A stretch of 64,000 nucleotides of DNA, taken from NCBI RefSeq assembly GCF_913774285.1, contig NZ_CAJYHX010000017.1, positions 2,873-66,872 on the forward strand, read 5' to 3'. The position numbers and the translations under genes are program-made. This DNA is from an uncultured Sphingomonas sp. (GTDB lineage Bacteria > Pseudomonadota > Alphaproteobacteria > Sphingomonadales > Sphingomonadaceae). A model generated the notes under the pieces. The model was not told the origin of the DNA, did no database searches, and saw only the letters and a program-made list of their open reading frames with translations. Positions within the stretch are counted from its first letter, which is position 1; each line of letters opens with the position of its first letter. This document shows, piece by piece, positions 30,503 to 38,488 of this stretch.

Positions 30503-31551
30503 GCCTGTCCGTCCGCACGGCCGACCTGCACGATGCGGCCGAGTGGGGGCGGCTCTCCGCCTGGGTCGACGCGCAGGCCGATGCCACGCCGTTTCACCTG
30601 CCGGAATGGAGCATGGCGGTGGCGAAGGGATGCCGCCAGCGCAGCCACTATCTGGTGGCGGAGGGCGCGGGCGGGCGGATCGTCGGGGTGTTGCCGCTGA
30701 CGGCCGTCGTCTCGTCGCTGTTCGGCCGGGCACTGGTCTCGACCGGTTTCGGCGTCGGCGGCGGCATTCTCGCCGAGCAGGGGTTTGCGGTCGCCGCGCT
30801 CGGGCAGGCCGCCTGGAGCCTCGCCACGCGCCTGCGCTGCCCGAGCCTCGACCTGCGCGGCGGCCCCTGTCCGGGGGAGGACTGGGCGCGCGACGACACG
30901 ACCTATCTGGGCTTCGTCCGCCGGCTAGCGGCCGATGACGAAGCCGAACTGCTCGCCGTGCCGCGCAAGCAGCGCGCCGAACTGCGCAAGGCGCTCGCCG
31001 CCGATCTGGCGGTGGAGGTTGCAGCCGACCGGGCCGCCCGGCGCGCGCACTACACCGTCTATGCCGAAAGCGTCCGCAATCTCGGCACCCCGGTCTTTCC
31101 GTCGGCGCTGTTCGCGGCGGTGCTGGAGGCGTTCGGGGCGGAGGCGGACATCCTCACCGTCCGGCACCAGCGCCGCGCGGTGGCGAGCGTGCTCAGCCTC
31201 TACTGGCGCGGCACCGTCTATCCCTATTGGGGCGGCGGGACCGAGGCGGCGCGGGGGCTGCGCGCCAATGACCGGATGTATTTCGCGCTGATGGCCCATG
31301 CCCGCGCGCGCGGCTGTTCGCGGTTCGACTTCGGCCGCTCCAAGGCCGGCACCGGCGCGGCGGCGTTCAAGAAGAACTGGGGCTTCGCGCCCGAGTCCCT
31401 AGTCTATTTCTCGCGGCATGCCGAGGGTGCCGCACCGCGCAGCATCAACCCGCTCGATCCGAAGTTCCGGTTGCAGATCGCGGCATGGAAGCGGCTGCCG
31501 CTCTGGGCGGCCAACCGCATCGGGCCGCTGCTCTCGCGCGGGCTCGGCTGA
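30499..31551 (+). CDS. FemAB-family protein, XrtA/PEP-CTERM-associated
   Basis: GTG start at 30499. TPFHLPEW, LFGRALVS, YAESVRNLGTPVF, PYWGGG, ANDRMYFALM, FDFGRSK, FKKNWGF. Confidence 0.9.
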   Translation: MSLSVRTADLHDAAEWGRLSAWVDAQADATPFHLPEWSMAVAKGCRQRSHYLVAEGAGGRIVGVLPLTAVVSSLFGRALVSTGFGVGGGILAEQGFAVAALGQAAWSLATRLRCPSLDLRGGPCPGEDWARDDTTYLGFVRRLAADDEAELLAVPRKQRAELRKALAADLAVEVAADRAARRAHYTVYAESVRNLGTPVFPSALFAAVLEAFGAEADILTVRHQRRAVASVLSLYWRGTVYPYWGGGTEAARGLRANDRMYFALMAHARARGCSRFDFGRSKAGTGAAAFKKNWGFAPESLVYFSRHAEGAAPRSINPLDPKFRLQIAAWKRLPLWAANRIGPLLSRGLG

Positions 31552-32816
31552 TGGGCGACATCCTGTTCCTCGCCCACCGCATGCCCTTTCCGCCGGATCG
31601 TGGCGACAAGATCCGGGCCTATCACCTGCTGCGCCATCTCGCCCGCGACCACCGCATCCATCTCGTCGCCTTCGCCGACGATCCCGAGGACCTGCAGCAC
31701 CAGGACGGCCTTGCGGCTCATACTGCGACACGCACGATCGTCTGGCGGAAGGCGCCGACCGTCTGGACGGGCGCGCGCGCGTTGCTGCAGCGCCGGCCGG
31801 TATCGCTGGTCGCCTTTGCCGACCCGGCAGTACGACGTGCGGTGAATGCGCTCCTGGAAGCGCAGCCGATCGACACGATCTTCCTCTTCTCCAGCCAGAT
31901 GGCACAGTATCTGCCGCCCGCTCCCAAGCAGCGGGTGATCATGGACTTTGTCGACATGGATTCGGCCAAGTTCGCCGCCTATGCAAAGGGCGGGCGTGGG
32001 GCCATGGCCTGGGTGCACAAGCGCGAGGCGTCGCTGCTGCTCGCTCATGAGCGCCGCGTCGCTGGCCTATCCGATGCCAGCCTGTTCGTGAGCGACGCCG
32101 AGGCGACGCTGTTCCGGGAGCGCACCAACGCCCCCCGCGTACATGCGATCGAGAACGGCATCGACACGGTGTTCTACGATCCCGCCGGCCGCTTCGAGCC
32201 GCTCGGCGGGGAGGGGCCGTTGCTCGTCTTCACCGGGCAGATGGATTACCGGCCGAACATCGAGGCGATCCGCTGGTTCGCCGAAAAGGTGTTCCCCCGC
32301 GTCCGACGCGCCCATCCCGACGCGCGGCTCGCGGTCGTCGGCCGCGCGCCGACCCCGGCGGTCCAGGCGCTGGCGGAGCGACCCGGCGTTCTCGTCACCG
32401 GCAGCGTTCCCGATGTGCGCGACTGGCTCGCCGCCGCCGCGTTGGTGGTGGCGCCGCTGCAACTGGCGAGGGGCATTCAGAACAAGGTGCTCGAAGGCAT
32501 GGCGATGGCGCGGGCGGTGGTTGCCTCGCCGGCCGCGGCCGAGGGGGTCGACCATGCCGGCACGCTCTGTGTCGCCGAGGGCGCAGATGCGTTCGGCGGC
32601 GCCGTGCTGCGCCTGCTCGATGACCCCGATACCGCCGCGGCACTCGGCGCCGCTGCCCGCGCGCGCGTGATCGCCCGCTACAGCTGGGACGCGCGGCTGG
32701 CACCGCTCGACGCGCTCCTCGAGGCGCCTGCAGGCCACCTCCATCAGCGGGGTGGCGCAGATGCCGATCGCTTGGTACCGGGCCGCTACGATGCGGATCA
32801 TGAACGGCGACGATAG
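31551..32816 (+). CDS. GT4 glycosyltransferase (TIGR03087-like) with an aberrant C-terminal extension
   Basis: ILFLAHRMPFPPDRGDKIR, DFVDMDSAKF, FTGQMDYRPN, APLQLARGIQNKVLEGMAM, YSWDARLAPLDALL, then ~30 atypical residues. Confidence 0.9.
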   Translation: MGDILFLAHRMPFPPDRGDKIRAYHLLRHLARDHRIHLVAFADDPEDLQHQDGLAAHTATRTIVWRKAPTVWTGARALLQRRPVSLVAFADPAVRRAVNALLEAQPIDTIFLFSSQMAQYLPPAPKQRVIMDFVDMDSAKFAAYAKGGRGAMAWVHKREASLLLAHERRVAGLSDASLFVSDAEATLFRERTNAPRVHAIENGIDTVFYDPAGRFEPLGGEGPLLVFTGQMDYRPNIEAIRWFAEKVFPRVRRAHPDARLAVVGRAPTPAVQALAERPGVLVTGSVPDVRDWLAAAALVVAPLQLARGIQNKVLEGMAMARAVVASPAAAEGVDHAGTLCVAEGADAFGGAVLRLLDDPDTAAALGAAARARVIARYSWDARLAPLDALLEAPAGHLHQRGGADADRLVPGRYDADHERRR

Positions 32817-32850
32817 GGGACGGATAGGCGACCGCGAGGGCATGCGCTGA
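32761..32850 (+). pseudogene. Probable deletion scar / remnant at the usual xrtA (exosortase A) position
   Basis: 29-codon mini-ORF MPIAWYRAATMRIMNGDDRGRIGDREGMR* whose TGA overlaps the amidotransferase ATG (TGATG). Identity as an xrtA remnant is inferred from synteny only. Confidence 0.35.
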
Positions 32851-34742
32851 TGTGCGGCATTGCCGGCCTCTTCTATCCCGGGCTCCCCAAGCCGATCGAC
32901 CCCGCCCGCATCGTCGCGATGAGTGATGCCCAGGCGCACCGCGGACCCGACGGCTCGGGCGTGTGGTGCGTGGCGGGGGTCGGGCTCGGCCATCGCCGGC
33001 TGGCGATCATCGACCTCGAAGGCGGCGTCCAGCCGATGGCGCTGCCAGACCAGAGCCTCGCCGTCACCTTCAACGGCGAGATCTACAATTTCCGCGAGGT
33101 CCGCGCCGAGCTGGAGGCGCTGGGCGCCCGCTTCGTCACCGACAGCGACACCGAGGTGCTGCTTCACGGCTGGCGCGCCTGGGGGCCGGACCTGCTCGCC
33201 CGGCTGAACGGCATGTTCGCCTTTGCACTCTACGACGCGCCCGGCCAGAGCCTGTTCCTCGCCCGCGACCGCTTCGGGGTGAAGCCGCTCCATTATGCCG
33301 AACTGGCCGACGGCGCGGTCGCCTTCGCCTCGGAGCTGAAGGGCCTGCTTGCGCATCCGCTGCTCCGCCGCGCCGCCGATTTGCGCGCGGTCGAGGACTA
33401 TCTGGCGCTCGGCTATGTGCCCGACGACGCCAGCATCGTCGCGGGCGTGCACAAGCTGCCGGCGGGGCATTTCCTGCTGCTCCAGCGTGGCCGCCCGGCG
33501 CCGCAGCCGGTGCGCTGGTGGGATATCGACTTCACCCGCCGCGCCACCGGCCGCACGCGTGACCTCAAGGCCGAGTTGATCGAGCGGATGCGCACCGCCG
33601 TCCGCTCGCGGATGATCGCCGACGTGCCGCTGGGCGCGTTCTTGTCGGGCGGTGTCGACAGCTCGGCGGTCGTCGCGCTGATGGCCGAGCGCAGCAAGGC
33701 AGCGGTGAAGACGTGCACGATCGGCTTCGACGAAGCCGGGCTCGACGAGACCGCCCATGCGGCGAAGGTTGCGGCGCGCTTCGCCACCAGCCATCGCACC
33801 CGCACCGTGGGGGCGGAGGATTACGGGCTGATCGACACGCTGGTCGCCGCCTTCGATGAGCCCTTCGCCGATGCCTCGGCACTGCCGACCTATCGCGTCT
33901 GCCAACTCGCCCGCGAGAGCGTGACCGTCGCCCTTTCCGGCGACGGGGCTGATGAGGCGCTGGCCGGATATCGCCGCCACCGCTTCTTCGCCGTCGAGGA
34001 GCGGGTGCGCGGCCTCCTCCTGCCGGACGTGCGGGCGCGGCTCTTCGGGCGGCTGGGGACGCTCTATCCCAAGGCGGATTGGGCGCCGCGGCCGTTCCGC
34101 GCCAAGACGACCCTGCTCGCGCTCGCCGACGATGGGGCGGAGGCCTATGCCAAGGCGGTGGGCGTCACCACGCCGACGCTCCGCAACCAGCTCTACAGCG
34201 ACACCGCGCGTGCGGCGCTCGATGGCTATCGCGCCGAGACGCGCTATGTGGAGACGATGCGGCACGCGCCCGCGCGCGATGCGCTCGATCGCGCGCAATA
34301 TGCCGATATCCGCCACTGGTTGCCGGGCGACATTCTCACCAAGGTTGATCGCACCAGCATGGCCGTGGGCCTGGAGGCACGCGAGCCGCTGCTCGATCAC
34401 CGCCTCGTCGAGTTCGAGGCGAGCCTGCCGCCGTCGCTCCGCCTTCGCGGTGGGCAGGGCAAGTGGCTGATGAAGAAGGCGCTGGAGCCCTGGCTGCCGC
34501 GCGAGATCCTCTATCGACCCAAGATGGGCTTCGTCACCCCGATCAGCGCCTGGTTCCGCCACGCGCTGGCCGAGGAGGCGGCGGCGCTCGCCCGTTCGCC
34601 GCTGCTGCTCCAGAGCGGCTGGTTCGAGCCGCGGACGATCGCCCGGCTGGCCGAGGACCACCGCGCCGGCCGCGCCGAGCACGGCCGCACGCTGTGGCAG
34701 CTGGTGATGCTGGAACGCAGCCTCGCCAGGCTGTTCGGGTAG
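32850..34742 (+). CDS. Asparagine synthase-family amidotransferase, XrtA/PEP-CTERM-associated
   Basis: MCGIAG N-terminal Cys, HRGPDG, GHRRLAIID, FNGEIYNF, FLSGGVDSS, LSGDGADE, LEAREPLLDH, RPKMGF. Confidence 0.93.
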   Translation: MCGIAGLFYPGLPKPIDPARIVAMSDAQAHRGPDGSGVWCVAGVGLGHRRLAIIDLEGGVQPMALPDQSLAVTFNGEIYNFREVRAELEALGARFVTDSDTEVLLHGWRAWGPDLLARLNGMFAFALYDAPGQSLFLARDRFGVKPLHYAELADGAVAFASELKGLLAHPLLRRAADLRAVEDYLALGYVPDDASIVAGVHKLPAGHFLLLQRGRPAPQPVRWWDIDFTRRATGRTRDLKAELIERMRTAVRSRMIADVPLGAFLSGGVDSSAVVALMAERSKAAVKTCTIGFDEAGLDETAHAAKVAARFATSHRTRTVGAEDYGLIDTLVAAFDEPFADASALPTYRVCQLARESVTVALSGDGADEALAGYRRHRFFAVEERVRGLLLPDVRARLFGRLGTLYPKADWAPRPFRAKTTLLALADDGAEAYAKAVGVTTPTLRNQLYSDTARAALDGYRAETRYVETMRHAPARDALDRAQYADIRHWLPGDILTKVDRTSMAVGLEAREPLLDHRLVEFEASLPPSLRLRGGQGKWLMKKALEPWLPREILYRPKMGFVTPISAWFRHALAEEAAALARSPLLLQSGWFEPRTIARLAEDHRAGRAEHGRTLWQLVMLERSLARLFG

Positions 34743-34750
34743 CTGCTGAA

Positions 34751-34772
34751 TCCTTCCCCCGGCGGGGGAGGA
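34751..34772. terminator. GC-rich hairpin between convergent genes (possible bidirectional terminator or eroded repeat)
   Basis: TCC-T-TCCCCC-GGC-GGGGGA-GGA; no clear U-tract. Confidence 0.4.
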
Positions 34773-34778
34773 TCGACA

Positions 34779-35582
34779 TCACTCCACTTCCACGAGCGCC
34801 GCTTCCACCGCGCCGGCATAGCTGCTGCCGAACAGCCGGAGGTGCACGAGCAAAGGCCACAGCCGATAGATCGGCTGCCGTTCCTGCCACCCCGGCGTGA
34901 GCGCGAGCGCATCGAAGAAGCGGGCGGGCGGCGCATCGAACAGCGTGAGCATCGCGGCGTCGACCTCCCGGTCGCCATGATAGCAGGCGGGGTCGATCAG
35001 CGCGCTTACCCGGCCGCCGGACACCAGGACATTCCCGCCCCACAGGTCGCCGTGCAGCAACACCGGCGCCGGGTTGCTCGGAAGGAGGCCGGCCAGGCGA
35101 TCGGCGAGGCGTTCCAGCCGCCGCGCCAGTGCCGCGGGTACGTGCGACACGTGGCAGCGCAGCCGCCGCTCGGCCCAGAAGCTCGGCCAGTCGGGCGTGG
35201 CTGCGTTGGGAATGGCGACCCGGCCAAAGGCATAGTCGGCGCGCCAGCCATAGGCGCCGCCGGTCGAGGCGTGGAGCGTCTGCAGCACCTGTGCCAGATC
35301 GTCCCAGCCGGTTGCGAGAGGACCGTCGTTCGGCATCTCCTCGATCAGCAACAGGTCTTCGGTGACCGCCAGCACCTTGGGCGCCGGTGCCCCGCTCCCA
35401 GCGATGGCGCGTAGCATCTCGGCTTCCAGCGACACCAGCGGGCCCTGCTTGGCGATCGCGCTGCCGCCACCCACAAGGCGGAGCCGGTGGACCGCCGACA
35501 GGTCGCCGCCGGCGAGTGCCGCCGCACCCGAAACGGGGCTGCCGAGCAGGGCGGCGGCGCGATCGACGAGGCTGGTCTGCAT
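34779..35582 (-). CDS. Fructosamine kinase family protein
   Basis: ALAGGDLS, EAEMLRAI, GAYGWRADYAFG, PVLLHGDLWGGN, LIDPACYHGDREVD, YRLWPLLVHLRLFG. Confidence 0.9.
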   Translation of the reverse strand: MQTSLVDRAAALLGSPVSGAAALAGGDLSAVHRLRLVGGGSAIAKQGPLVSLEAEMLRAIAGSGAPAPKVLAVTEDLLLIEEMPNDGPLATGWDDLAQVLQTLHASTGGAYGWRADYAFGRVAIPNAATPDWPSFWAERRLRCHVSHVPAALARRLERLADRLAGLLPSNPAPVLLHGDLWGGNVLVSGGRVSALIDPACYHGDREVDAAMLTLFDAPPARFFDALALTPGWQERQPIYRLWPLLVHLRLFGSSYAGAVEAALVEVE

Positions 35583-35595
35583 GGGGCCGCTCCAC

Positions 35596-35874
35596 TCAGA
35601 GAAGATAGCTGCGCACGATCGCGACCAGTTCCTCGGCCGCCTGGACCTTGGGATCGTCCGACGCGGCATCGGGTTCCAGCATGTGCTCGCGGATATGGTC
35701 CTCGATCACCTCGGCGATGAAGCCGTCGAGCGCGCCCCGGCAGGCAGTGGCCTGCTGAAGCACGCGGGCGCATTCGGCATCGGCATCCACCGCGCGCTCG
35801 ATTGCCTCTATCTGGCCGCGCAGCCTTTTCAATCGGTTGCGCAGCTTCTGCTTCTCGCGCGCGACATGGCTCAT
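35596..35874 (-). CDS. Metal-sensing repressor, CsoR/RcnR family (RcnR/DmeR-type)
   Basis: RLKRLRGQIEAIER; His3, Cys35, His60 and His64 match the RcnR Ni/Co ligand pattern. No Pro2 (FrmR signature). Confidence 0.88.
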   Translation of the reverse strand: MSHVAREKQKLRNRLKRLRGQIEAIERAVDADAECARVLQQATACRGALDGFIAEVIEDHIREHMLEPDAASDDPKVQAAEELVAIVRSYLL

Positions 35875-35902
35875 CGCCGGCCCTTTCCGTTTCGCTTGCT
35901 CG

Positions 35903-35919
35903 ATACCCCCCTAGGGTAT
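35903..35919. promoter_or_regulatory. CsoR/RcnR-family operator
   Basis: ATACCC-CCCTA-GGGTAT: inverted repeat around a C6 tract in the 98-bp divergent spacer. Confidence 0.75.
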
Positions 35920-35972
35920 AGGGGCGCCGCCGTCGAGTCGGCGATGTCCGCCGTCATTCGAGGTGCACGCTC

Positions 35973-37298
35973 ATGGTCTACGCCTTCTCCAAGGCTGTCG
36001 CGGTTGCGGCAGCGCCGTTCCTCCTGCTGCCGGCGGCAGCGCGGGCGCAGGATAGCGGCGACCCGCAGCCTTTCGCGCTCCATGGACAGGCCACCATGGT
36101 GGTGCAGGGCGTCGGCGGCTTCAGCGATCCCTATCGTGGCGCCAACAGCCTCGCACCCGATCAGGTCCGAGAGACGATCGACGTTACGCTCTATGCCGGC
36201 GTGCGGCCCTGGGCGGGCGGCGAGCTGTGGTTGAACCCGGAGATCGACCAGGGCTTCGGCCTGTCCAACACGCTGGGCGTGGCGGGTTTTCCCAGCGCCG
36301 AGGCGTACAAGGTGGGCAAGGACGAGCCCTATCTCCGGCTCCAGCGTGCGTTTTTCCGCCAGACGATTGCGCTGGGAGGGGAGCGCAGCGCCGTCGCCCC
36401 GGCGATGAACGTGCTGGGCGGCACCCAGGCCGCGAACCGGCTGGTGCTGACGCTGGGTAAGTTCGGCGTCGGCGATGTGTTCGACACCAACCGCTATGCC
36501 CATGATCCGCGAGGCGATTTCCTCAACTGGTCTGCGGTCGATACCGGCAGCTTCGATTATGCTGCGGATGCCTGGGGCTATTCGACGGGCGCAGCGGCCG
36601 AATGGTATCAGGGCGCCTGGACGCTCCGCGCCGGGTTGTTCAATCTCTCCAAGGTGCCCAATGGCGAGACGCTGGAGCGTGATTTCCGCCAGTATCAGGT
36701 CGACGTCGAGGTCGAGCATCGGCACATGCTCGGCGGGCAGCCCGGCGCGATCCGCGTTACTGGCTTCCGCAATCGCGGGCAGTTCGGGCGATTCGACGAC
36801 GCGCTGGCGCTGGCCGCAGCGCAGGGACAAGTGGCAGACACTGCATTGGTCCGCCAGCGCACGACCCGGACCGGCATCGGGGTGAATGCGGAGCAGGCGG
36901 TAACCTCGACGCTGGGCCTGTTCGCCCGAGCCGGCTTCGCCGACGGATCAATCGAACCCTATGACTTCACCGACATCGATCGCACCGCGCAGTTCGGCGC
37001 GTCGCTGAACGGCGCGGGCTGGGGCCGCGCGAACGACCGAATCGGGCTGGTTGGCATCGTCAACGGCATCTCGCGCGCGCACCAGAGCTATCTCGATGCG
37101 GGCGGACTGGGCGTGCTGGTCGGCGACGGCAAGCTGCCGCACCCGGGCAGCGAGGCGATCGCGGAAGCCTATTACGACTGGCAGCCGCGCAAGGGCTTCG
37201 ACGTGACTCTCGACTATCAGTTCATCGCCAATCCGGGCTACAACCGCGATCGCGGCCCGGCCAATGTGTTCGCCGTTCGGTTCCACGGCGGGTTCTGA
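35973..37298 (+). CDS. Carbohydrate-selective/OprB-like porin resembling the MnoP metal porins
   Basis: Signal peptide, LHGQAT, NPEIDQGFGLSNTLGVAGFPSAEAYK, HDPRGDFLNWS, DYAADAWGY, EAYY, YQFIANPGYNRDRGP, C-terminal F. Confidence 0.8.
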   Translation: MVYAFSKAVAVAAAPFLLLPAAARAQDSGDPQPFALHGQATMVVQGVGGFSDPYRGANSLAPDQVRETIDVTLYAGVRPWAGGELWLNPEIDQGFGLSNTLGVAGFPSAEAYKVGKDEPYLRLQRAFFRQTIALGGERSAVAPAMNVLGGTQAANRLVLTLGKFGVGDVFDTNRYAHDPRGDFLNWSAVDTGSFDYAADAWGYSTGAAAEWYQGAWTLRAGLFNLSKVPNGETLERDFRQYQVDVEVEHRHMLGGQPGAIRVTGFRNRGQFGRFDDALALAAAQGQVADTALVRQRTTRTGIGVNAEQAVTSTLGLFARAGFADGSIEPYDFTDIDRTAQFGASLNGAGWGRANDRIGLVGIVNGISRAHQSYLDAGGLGVLVGDGKLPHPGSEAIAEAYYDWQPRKGFDVTLDYQFIANPGYNRDRGPANVFAVRFHGGF

Positions 37299-37305
37299 GG
37301 CGGCG

Positions 37306-38070
37306 TCAGAACACCGGCTGGTTGGCGTCGTCGTCGCTCGTCGGGGTGTGGATGCCGCACTCGGTCTTGTCCCAGCCGCGCCAGCGCCCGGCGCGGGGGT
37401 CTTCGCCTGGCTTCACCTTGCTGGTGCAAGGCGCGCAGCCGATCGAGGGATAGCCCTGCGCGACCAGCGGGTGCACCGGCAGGTCATGCGCGGCGAAATA
37501 GGTGTCGAGATCGGCTTTGGTCCAATCCGCCAGCGGATTGATTTTCAGCCGTTCGCCGTCCAGCTCGAAGCGGGGCAGAGCGGCGCGGGTGCTCGCCTGG
37601 AACGCCTTGCGCCCGGTGATCGTCGCGTCGAACCCGTCCAGGCCCGCCTCGAGCGGCAGCACCTTGCGGATCTCGCAGCAACCGTCGGGATCATAGGACC
37701 AGCGCAGCTCGGTGCCGTCACGCTTGGCCAGCAGCTCGGGATCGGGCTGCAGGTTGCGGAAGTCGGTGAGGCCCACGCTCTCGACCAGCAGGTCGCGATA
37801 GGCGAGCGTCTCGGGGAAATGCTTGCCGGTATCGAGAAACAACACCGGCACGGACCGATCGACGCTGGCGACGAGGTGCAGCAGGGCCGCCGATTCCGCA
37901 CCGAACGAGGAAACGATCGCCGTTTCCCCGGTCAGCTTCTCGGCCAGCACCGTGCGCAGCATCTCCAGCGTCGGCACGCCGAGGAACCGCGTGTTCAGCC
38001 GCACCGCATCCGCCTCGGTGAAGCGGGGCGTCACGTCGATCCGGTCGATCTGGCGCGCGGGTTCAGCCAT
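37306..38070 (-). CDS. cysH: Phosphoadenylyl-sulfate / APS reductase
   Basis: SSFGAES, LDTGKHFPET, DGCCEIRKV, KINPLADW, GYPSIGCAPCT, KTECGIH. Confidence 0.95.
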   Translation of the reverse strand: MAEPARQIDRIDVTPRFTEADAVRLNTRFLGVPTLEMLRTVLAEKLTGETAIVSSFGAESAALLHLVASVDRSVPVLFLDTGKHFPETLAYRDLLVESVGLTDFRNLQPDPELLAKRDGTELRWSYDPDGCCEIRKVLPLEAGLDGFDATITGRKAFQASTRAALPRFELDGERLKINPLADWTKADLDTYFAAHDLPVHPLVAQGYPSIGCAPCTSKVKPGEDPRAGRWRGWDKTECGIHTPTSDDDANQPVF

Positions 38071-38488
38071 GGCGCAGTTTCCAGACGGGCACGACAGTGT
38101 CGGCCGCCGCCTGGTAGCGGAAGCCGTATCGGCTCAGTGCGGCTTCCAGCGTCGCCGCGTCGATCGGTGCATTGGGTGCGAAACTGTCGAAGCCACAGCG
38201 GCGCATCAGCGGGATCTGGTCGACCAGCACGTCGCCCTGAGCGCGGAGTTCGCCCGTATATCCGGCCTCGCGGAGGATACGGGCCGAGGAATAGCCCCGG
38301 CCATCGCGAAAGCTCGGGAAACTCACCTCGATCAGCGCGATGCGATCCAGATGGGGGAGGAGCGCGCGGGCATCTTCGCCGGATTCGATCCGCACCGCGG
38401 TGGCGTTGGACTGGCCGAAGAAGCTGTCGAGCGTGACGGCGGGCTCGTCATGCGCTTCGTCGTCGCGGTAGCGCAGGAACTCAACCAT
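38063..38488 (-). CDS. DUF934 family protein (sulfite-reductase associated)
   Basis: Start MVEFLRYR; IEVSFPSFRDGRGYSSARILREAGYTGELRAQGDVLVDQ..RCGFDSF. Confidence 0.88.
   Translation of the reverse strand: MVEFLRYRDDEAHDEPAVTLDSFFGQSNATAVRIESGEDARALLPHLDRIALIEVSFPSFRDGRGYSSARILREAGYTGELRAQGDVLVDQIPLMRRCGFDSFAPNAPIDAATLEAALSRYGFRYQAAADTVVPVWKLRHG

Noticed and set aside
27593-34682. Long minus-strand ORFs (1046 aa and 871 aa) and ORF 24483..26912
   Set aside because: Shadows of the plus-strand EPS genes; none is an exosortase (no multi-TM pattern).
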